Below are positions 58,073 to 64,000 of a stretch of 64,000 bases of DNA, piece after piece. Source of the DNA: Bacilli bacterium. Lineage in GTDB: Bacteria; Bacillota_I; Bacilli_A; RF39; UBA660. The stretch lies in assembly GCA_017484065.1 (NCBI GenBank), contig JAFUTX010000017.1:430-64429 (forward strand), read 5' to 3'. Position numbers and translations under genes: made by a program. A model generated the notes under the pieces. The model did no database searches, was not told where the DNA came from, and worked only from the letters and a program-made list of their open reading frames with translations. The stretch's first letter is position 1. Each line of letters starts with the position of its first letter.

Positions 58073-58497
58073 TATTCATCTTCCTTTCTTACTCTTAATT
58101 TAACACCTACTATTTCTTCAATAATAACAGTGTCATCTTTTTTTATTGGAGTATCACTAATAGCACTCCATTTTTTGCCATCAACTTTTACCTCACCAAC
58201 ATGATTCTTTTTGATATCTTCAGTAACTATACCTATCATACCAATTATCCTATCAGTATTAGTTTTAGTATTTCTTTTACCAAAAGTCTTTAATAACATA
58301 GGACGAGTTATTACCATAATAATTAAACCTCCTACTACAAAGACTAGCGATTGTACAAAGAAACTATCTACAAAGAATGATAAGATAAGAGCTATGATAG
58401 CTGATGCTACAAACCATACTGATACTAAATTAATAGTAGCTACTTCTATTACAGTTAAAAGAATAATAATAATTAGCCAAAATAACCAGTTTTCCAA
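58072..58497 (-). CDS. NfeD-family membrane protein
   Basis: Three TM segments plus a C-terminal OB-like soluble domain. Its stop abuts the start of the SPFH gene. Confidence 0.8.
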   Translation of the reverse strand: MENWLFWLIIIILLTVIEVATINLVSVWFVASAIIALILSFFVDSFFVQSLVFVVGGLIIMVITRPMLLKTFGKRNTKTNTDRIIGMIGIVTEDIKKNHVGEVKVDGKKWSAISDTPIKKDDTVIIEEIVGVKLRVRKEDE

Positions 58498-58564
58498 AAT
58501 ACTTCACCTACCTCAAATATATTATATTAAAAGCATTACAAAAAAACAACAAAAAAAGGAGTGA

Positions 58565-59812
58565 TTATTCACCCTTTACAATTTCGATAGCTTTATGCAT
58601 TCTCATATCATATTTAACGATATCCATGCTTCCATAAGCCTTAATTAATTCATCAACACTAATACCATAGTTATCAGCCATTTCTTTAGCTTTAGCTTCT
58701 ACTTCTTCTTTAGTAAATTCTATTTTTTCCTTATCAGCTATAGCATCTAGTAAATAACGATATTCTACTCTCTTACGAGCTTCTGGTTCCATTTGTTCAT
58801 GCATCTTTTCATGAGTAATACCAGTAAATTGTTGATATGTTTCCATATTTAAACCTTGCATTTTTAATTGGTCTTCTAATTGATGAATCATTCTATGTAC
58901 TTCTTCGTCAATTATTTCTTCATTAATATCAACTTTCATGTTTTTACTAGCTTTACTTAAACATTCTTCAATGTATTCATCTTCAGCATGAGCTTTCTTT
59001 TCTTCTCTGATATTTTTTTCAATTTCTTTTCTTAAATCTTCTTCAGTTTTAACATCATCCATGCCTAAATCAAGATAGAATTCTGTACCAAGTTCAGGTA
59101 ATACGCGAGTTTTAATTTCGTTAACTTTAACATCAAATTTAACTTTCTTTCCTTTTAAATCTTCAACATAATCTTCTGGAAATTTTAAATTTAATGTTTT
59201 AGTATCTCCAACCTTTAATCCTAGTAAACCATCTTCAAATCCTGGAATAAATGTATTTGATCCAATTTCTAATGGATAGTTTTCACCATGTCCACCATCT
59301 AGAGCTTTACCATCTACAAATCCATCAAAATCAATTACAGCAGTATCACCTTTTTCAACTACTCCATCTTCTTTAGTAGTTACTTCAGCATATTCATTTT
59401 TTAATTTTTCAATTTCTTCATCAATTTCTTTTTTAGTTACTTTAACTTCTTTTTTCTTAATACCTAAGTTTTTATAATCACCTAAAGTAACTTCTGGTTT
59501 AGTGATAAAAGTAAATTTAAATGTAACACTTTTTTCATCAATAGATTTAATATCTAAAGTTGGTTCTACTACTGGAATAGCTTTAGTTTCTTCTAATGCT
59601 TTTTTATATGCTTCATCTACTACTTTGTCCATAGCTTCTTGATATAATGATTCTACTCCATAATGTTTTAAATATACTTTCTTAGGTGCAGAACCTGGTC
59701 TAAAGCCATCAATTTTAGCTTTTTTATTTAATTTAGTAAATGCTTTATCTAAAGCTTCTTCCCAAGCCTTACCTTCTATAGTTATTTCCTTTTCTATAAC
59801 GTTTTTCTTCAT
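58565..59812 (-). CDS. tig: Trigger factor
   Basis: The ribosome-binding signature GFRPGSAPKKV and a central FKBP-like domain are present. The likely start is ATG at 59812, after GAGGAGG. Confidence 0.9.
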   Translation of the reverse strand: MKKNVIEKEITIEGKAWEEALDKAFTKLNKKAKIDGFRPGSAPKKVYLKHYGVESLYQEAMDKVVDEAYKKALEETKAIPVVEPTLDIKSIDEKSVTFKFTFITKPEVTLGDYKNLGIKKKEVKVTKKEIDEEIEKLKNEYAEVTTKEDGVVEKGDTAVIDFDGFVDGKALDGGHGENYPLEIGSNTFIPGFEDGLLGLKVGDTKTLNLKFPEDYVEDLKGKKVKFDVKVNEIKTRVLPELGTEFYLDLGMDDVKTEEDLRKEIEKNIREEKKAHAEDEYIEECLSKASKNMKVDINEEIIDEEVHRMIHQLEDQLKMQGLNMETYQQFTGITHEKMHEQMEPEARKRVEYRYLLDAIADKEKIEFTKEEVEAKAKEMADNYGISVDELIKAYGSMDIVKYDMRMHKAIEIVKGE

Positions 59813-59838
59813 TATAATCCTCCTCAAAAACTTCTTAT

Positions 59839-59867
59839 ATTATATAAAATAGTGTTATAAAAGTCAA
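59839..59867 (-). promoter_or_regulatory. tig promoter
   Basis: The minus strand reads TTGACT (59867..59862), a 17-nt spacer, then TATAAT (59844..59839). Confidence 0.5.
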
Positions 59868-59881
59868 CGTGAGTTGACTTT
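59860..59881 (-). terminator. Hairpin terminator downstream of the pyrophosphatase-like ORF
   Basis: AAAGTCAAC-N4-GTTGACTTT. The U-run on the minus strand is short. Confidence 0.4.
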
Positions 59882-59921
59882 ATTTTTAAATTATTCTAAT
59901 TTATCTAAACTTGTAGTGTAA

Positions 59922-60269
59922 TTAATCCCTTATAATAATAGATTCAAAGAATCTTTCTTGGAATTCAGTTAATGCTTTTATTGCATCATCTGAGTAATTA
60001 ATACCATCAGGTACTACAATTAGTTTATCATCATTATCATTAGTTCGATGAATAATAGCTATTACTATTCCAACAAACTCATCAACAGGTTCAAACACGC
60101 CTAATAAATAAGCATCTAATTCTTCTCCATCTCCACTAATAGTATTAGGTACATAACCATAATTTACTGGATATATAAATCCATGTTTAGGATGAGCACT
60201 ACCTAGCTTCCTATCAATTTTAATTAATATTTCTTTTCCTAAAAAATCTTTAGCATCTACTTGATTTAT
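59922..60269 (-). CDS. Small family-I inorganic-pyrophosphatase-like protein with no canonical start codon (ATA at the expected start)
   Basis: My translation is (I)NQVDAKDFLGKEILIKIDRKLGSAHPKHGFIYPVNYGYVPNTISGDGEELDAYLLGVFEPV...ERFFESIIIRD. The frame is open from 60272. There is no ATG/GTG/TTG until codon ~50. AGAAAGAAGGT, then 6 nt, then ATA sits at 60269..60267. Confidence 0.5.
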   Translation of the reverse strand: MNQVDAKDFLGKEILIKIDRKLGSAHPKHGFIYPVNYGYVPNTISGDGEELDAYLLGVFEPVDEFVGIVIAIIHRTNDNDDKLIVVPDGINYSDDAIKALTEFQERFFESIIIRD

Positions 60270-60678
60270 TACTTAACCTTCTTTCTTTTACAACTTCAAA
60301 ATATAATTTATATGTATCTGGATAAGTTAAATTATTAGGTAAATCATCAGATAACATTACTTTCTCCATTTCATATTCCTTTGGTAATTCTTCCATTTCT
60401 AATATTTCACAATAACATAGTAATCCATAAGTACTTATTTTATAAACACATATTGGTTCAACTTTTATTTTAGTAGCACCTGTTTCTTCATACATTTCTC
60501 GTTTAGCTGCTTCTTCCCATGTTTCTCCTTCTTCAATATGACCACCAGGTATTTCCCAACCATTTCTCTTTTTATTATAAGAGAAAACATATTTATCTTT
60601 ATACCTACATACACACACTACTCTAGTATACTCCGTTTCAGAACAGTAACCTAAATCAAATATCTTAACTTCTAACAT
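60250..60678 (-). CDS. NUDIX hydrolase
   Basis: Nudix box GGHIEEGETWEEAAKREMYEETG. Confidence 0.85.
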   Translation of the reverse strand: MLEVKIFDLGYCSETEYTRVVCVCRYKDKYVFSYNKKRNGWEIPGGHIEEGETWEEAAKREMYEETGATKIKVEPICVYKISTYGLLCYCEILEMEELPKEYEMEKVMLSDDLPNNLTYPDTYKLYFEVVKERRLSNKSSRC

Positions 60679-60762
60679 TTAAATCACACTTTCTTAAAAT
60701 AAGTATACTACATCACATACTTAATTTGCAAAAAAAGTCGATAAATTTTACCGACTTAACAA

Positions 60763-62955
60763 TTATTTAATTCTTTTTAATATAGGACCATTTTCTTTTT
60801 CTAATGAATCATGTAAAGGTTTAGTTAAAGTGCCGGAATAAACTATATCTAGTTCATGTAAAGCTCTAGTAATAGCAACATATAACAATTTCATATCTAA
60901 TTTATTTTCTGATGAATATATTTGTTCATTAGCATTATTGATAATAACTGCATCAAATTCTAAACCCTTTGCTAATTGATTAGATATAGTACAAATCCTA
61001 AATCTTTCTTCTAATAAATCATCATTAACAGAAACATTAGGAATATAGATTTCTCTATCCATTAGATCATCGTTGATATAATTTGATAATAAATTAGTCT
61101 TACTAATAACAGCTATAGTTTTATATCCCTTTTGTTTATATTCTTCAATTTTTTCTGCAATATAATCTGGTATGTTATCACTATCTTCTATTTCAGTTAT
61201 TACAACATTATTACCATGTCTAACAACCATATCTGAACGTCCTAAACCTATACTATCAGCCACATCGTCAGCTACATTCATAATTTCAGCAGTTGTACGA
61301 TAACTTTTTGCAAATTCAACAATTTCTCCTTTGTTGTCAAACATTGTTTCATTAACACTTTCCCAATTATCAACACCGCGATAGTCATAAATGGATTGTG
61401 CTAAATCCCCAAAAATACTAAATGTCGCAGATGGAAGTATTTCTTTTAGTACCAAGAAATTAAATTCACCTAAATCTTGAGCTTCATCAACAACTACATG
61501 TCTAATTCGTTCATTTTCTTTATTTTGAACTAACCTTTTCTTTATATACATTAAAGCAGGTAAATCTTCAAAATCAAAAGTTTTATTTTTTATGTTATCT
61601 AAAGTTAGTTTTTTTAATAAGTCTAAATGATCATAATTATATAAATCATAATCTTTAATAGTAGTTAAAAACAATTTATATAATTTAGTAACATCGACTT
61701 TTGACTTTGAAAAATATTTTCTAATACTTGGTCTAAAATTTTTATCTAATTCTGCTCTAATTTTCTCAATGTTTTTTTTTCTTCTTTCTTTATCTTCTGC
61801 AGCAATGTCGCTATTAGTGGTATCATATGAATAATTAATAAATTCTCTATATATTCGATTATAATCATTTTCAATAATTTTGCATAGCCTATTAATAGCA
61901 CTTTCAACTCTGTTACTTAAACTAGAATTTGTATATAAAGTAATACTTTCAAACGTTTCTTTTATAATAGATTTATCTAAAATTTTAAAGTCTCCAATCA
62001 TGAGATCATTTGCTGTTAAACTCATAAAATAAACATTCAAGAATTGATCTAGCATTTCCTTATATTTAGCCGAACTCTTAAACTTGTCAATGTCATTATC
62101 TATTTTACCTAAAATATTATCATTGGCTTTTTTTTCTGAAGACTTAATATCAATTTCTTCACCAATATAGTTTTTAGCGTATTCTTCAAAAGTTGATTGT
62201 TCAACTCCTGAAACATCTAAATCAGGTAATACAGACTTTATATATTTTATAAATACTGGGTTAGGTCCTATTACTAAATATTGATCTTGTCTAATATTAT
62301 TTATATAATTATAAACTAAATAAGCAATTCTATGTAATGCTACTGTTGTTTTACCACTACCAGCTACACCTTGAACAATCAAATTATCAGATATTTTTCT
62401 TCTAATAACAGCGTTTTGTTCTTTTTGAATTGTAGAAACAATACTTTTTAATCTAGCATCATTATTGCTATTTAAATATTTTTGAAGTAAGGCATCATTT
62501 GATACTAATTCAACATCAAAATAATCCAGTAATTCTTCATTCTCTATTTCATATTGTCTTTTTAAAGACATAGTTCCACTAATTGTTTCTTCAGGTCCTT
62601 CAAAACTACATTCTCCTATTTCGCCATCATAATACAAACTGCTAATAGGAGCTCTCCAATCTGTAACTATTATATCAGTGTTTTTCATAACTCCATTTTT
62701 ACCTATATATACAGTACTTTGTTTTCCACTATCTTTATAAGTAAAATCAATTCTAGCAAAATATGGTTTTTCTAAAGATTCTTCTAAATTATGAATATGA
62801 ATTTTTTTTCGGTCAGTTATTTTCCATAAATCTTCTCTACTACCGATAAATTCAGTATATAATTTATCTAAATCCATTCTTTCATCGGAAAGTATTGCTT
62901 CTATAATATCTTTGGTCTGAGTAAATTTTTTTCTTTCAATTTCTAATTCATTCAT
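60763..62955 (-). CDS. helD: HelD-type UvrD-like helicase (RNA polymerase recycling factor)
   Basis: Motifs YFARIDF, VTDWRAPISSLYY, VQGVAGSGKTTVALHR and VVDEAQD. Confidence 0.8.
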   Translation of the reverse strand: MNELEIERKKFTQTKDIIEAILSDERMDLDKLYTEFIGSREDLWKITDRKKIHIHNLEESLEKPYFARIDFTYKDSGKQSTVYIGKNGVMKNTDIIVTDWRAPISSLYYDGEIGECSFEGPEETISGTMSLKRQYEIENEELLDYFDVELVSNDALLQKYLNSNNDARLKSIVSTIQKEQNAVIRRKISDNLIVQGVAGSGKTTVALHRIAYLVYNYINNIRQDQYLVIGPNPVFIKYIKSVLPDLDVSGVEQSTFEEYAKNYIGEEIDIKSSEKKANDNILGKIDNDIDKFKSSAKYKEMLDQFLNVYFMSLTANDLMIGDFKILDKSIIKETFESITLYTNSSLSNRVESAINRLCKIIENDYNRIYREFINYSYDTTNSDIAAEDKERRKKNIEKIRAELDKNFRPSIRKYFSKSKVDVTKLYKLFLTTIKDYDLYNYDHLDLLKKLTLDNIKNKTFDFEDLPALMYIKKRLVQNKENERIRHVVVDEAQDLGEFNFLVLKEILPSATFSIFGDLAQSIYDYRGVDNWESVNETMFDNKGEIVEFAKSYRTTAEIMNVADDVADSIGLGRSDMVVRHGNNVVITEIEDSDNIPDYIAEKIEEYKQKGYKTIAVISKTNLLSNYINDDLMDREIYIPNVSVNDDLLEERFRICTISNQLAKGLEFDAVIINNANEQIYSSENKLDMKLLYVAITRALHELDIVYSGTLTKPLHDSLEKENGPILKRIK

Positions 62956-63181
62956 GCTATATTATCTCCTTCACAAGTTTATAATTAATTATATATTAAT
63001 TTAAACAAATATTTTTGTCAAATGATTCAACAAAGAAAGTATAATTAGAAATGTTGGTGGTGATTTTACGCTTAAATTTATGAATCTTTCTTAAATTATT
63101 TAGATTACCAATTTAAGAAATTTAAAGAAAAAGTCAGAATACAATAAACAATTTTACATTTTCGACTTTATTTTTTTAGAA

Positions 63182-64000
63182 TTATATATTAAAAATATTA
63201 TTCTCTAATAATTCATCATTTAAAAGTAAATACCACCATCTCCAATAATCTTTTTTTTGTTCAGGGCTTTCAAGATCCAGCGAATGAATTCTATTGTAAT
63301 ATAATTTTTCTAATAACACTTTCACAATATATAAGTAATAATTATTCTTTACATATTCTATTGAGTATCCTCTTTTCTTATAAAAACGTACAATTTTTCT
63401 TGCTTTATTAACATTAAACTTACCATTTTCAAAGCAATTTTTTATTAAAAAACAAGACAATTCATACTCTTGAGGTGCAATTATGCATTCGTCAAAATCA
63501 ATAAAATTCACATGTTGATTCCATATAATATTTGTATATACTAGATCGCCATGAATAATTGTCATCGTGGAATTTGATAAGGTTGATAATTGAGCATATT
63601 TTTTTACTATATTTTTTATTACTGGATCATCAATATTTTTTAATGCTTCATAATATAGATTAATCTTATCAAAGATATTTTTATAGATATTATTCTTTAT
63701 ATCTATTTTATGTATTTTGTCACATTCATTAAATATTTCTTCTAATTCTCTTATAGAAAAATTCTTTTTTATTCTTCCATCAATATAATTATATATACCT
63801 ACAGAAAAAATATCAAATTTATATAAATTTATAAGTTTATTACAATGAATATTTTTACTTAATATTTCTTTTATTAAATCATAGTTATACATTTTTAATT
63901 TATGATAATATTTAATAATTACTTTTTTATTATTATATTGACCTTTTACAACACGGTTTGCTTGTCCATTATTTACTTTTATTATTTTTTTTAATCCTAG
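63182..64000 (-). CDS. Aminoglycoside/choline-kinase-fold phosphotransferase, N-terminus outside the window
   Basis: Motifs IHGDLVYTNIIW and FIDFDE. The frame stays open upstream of the track start all the way to position 64000 (LGLKKIIKVNNGQANRVVKGQYNNKKVIIKYYHKLK...). Confidence 0.65.
   Translation of the reverse strand, partial: LGLKKIIKVNNGQANRVVKGQYNNKKVIIKYYHKLKMYNYDLIKEILSKNIHCNKLINLYKFDIFSVGIYNYIDGRIKKNFSIRELEEIFNECDKIHKIDIKNNIYKNIFDKINLYYEALKNIDDPVIKNIVKKYAQLSTLSNSTMTIIHGDLVYTNIIWNQHVNFIDFDECIIAPQEYELSCFLIKNCFENGKFNVNKARKIVRFYKKRGYSIEYVKNNYYLYIVKVLLEKLYYNRIHSLDLESPEQKKDYWRWWYLLLNDELLENNIFNI

Noticed and set aside
61771-61780. T9/A9 homopolymers inside helD, and similar A/T runs elsewhere, as phase-variation tracts
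   Set aside because: A/T runs of this length are expected by composition in ~25% GC DNA, and they encode ordinary Lys/Asn stretches.
1-64000. CRISPR arrays, rRNA operons and large tandem repeats
   Set aside because: I noticed no regularly spaced direct repeats and no rRNA-like GC-rich blocks while reading the window. This is only a by-eye scan.

Overview
A very AT-rich chromosomal segment, about 25-30% G+C in the lines I counted. The gene content points to an anaerobic low-GC Bacillota, possibly related to Erysipelotrichia or Mollicutes; this placement is inference. Nearly all genes are on the minus strand. The housekeeping backbone is: rlmN-stp-pknB-rsgA-rpe, trxA, cvpA, addAB, tmcAL, an SNF2/SWIM helicase, tRNA-Thr, gltX, a heterodimeric ABC exporter, clpB with a CIRCE-like operator, rubrerythrin, an SPFH/NfeD pair, tig, a NUDIX gene and helD. 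Several unusual features sit between these genes.

1. Two paralogous membrane-anchored surface-protein genes each carry a G9-G10 homopolymer at the 5' end. One runs off the left window edge and is missing from the ORF track.
2. That edge gene ends in an A-depleted, ~59% GC stretch that looks like a DGR variable region.
3. A solo TnpB element with its omega-RNA/right-end region lies near the left edge.
4. There is a compact candidate type I toxin-antitoxin locus: a 26-aa hydrophobic peptide plus a convergent antisense RNA.
5. An ORF-free, GC-enriched region of about 620 nt has its own strong promoter and intrinsic terminator. It is a candidate large structured ncRNA of unknown class.
6. A divergent GroEL-like gene without groES is fused into an operon with the radical-SAM/DUF4130 'DNA modification/repair' pair and tRNA-Thr.
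7. A 1489-aa secreted protein packed with cysteines is translationally coupled to a small anchored partner.

No CRISPR array, rRNA or integrase was seen.
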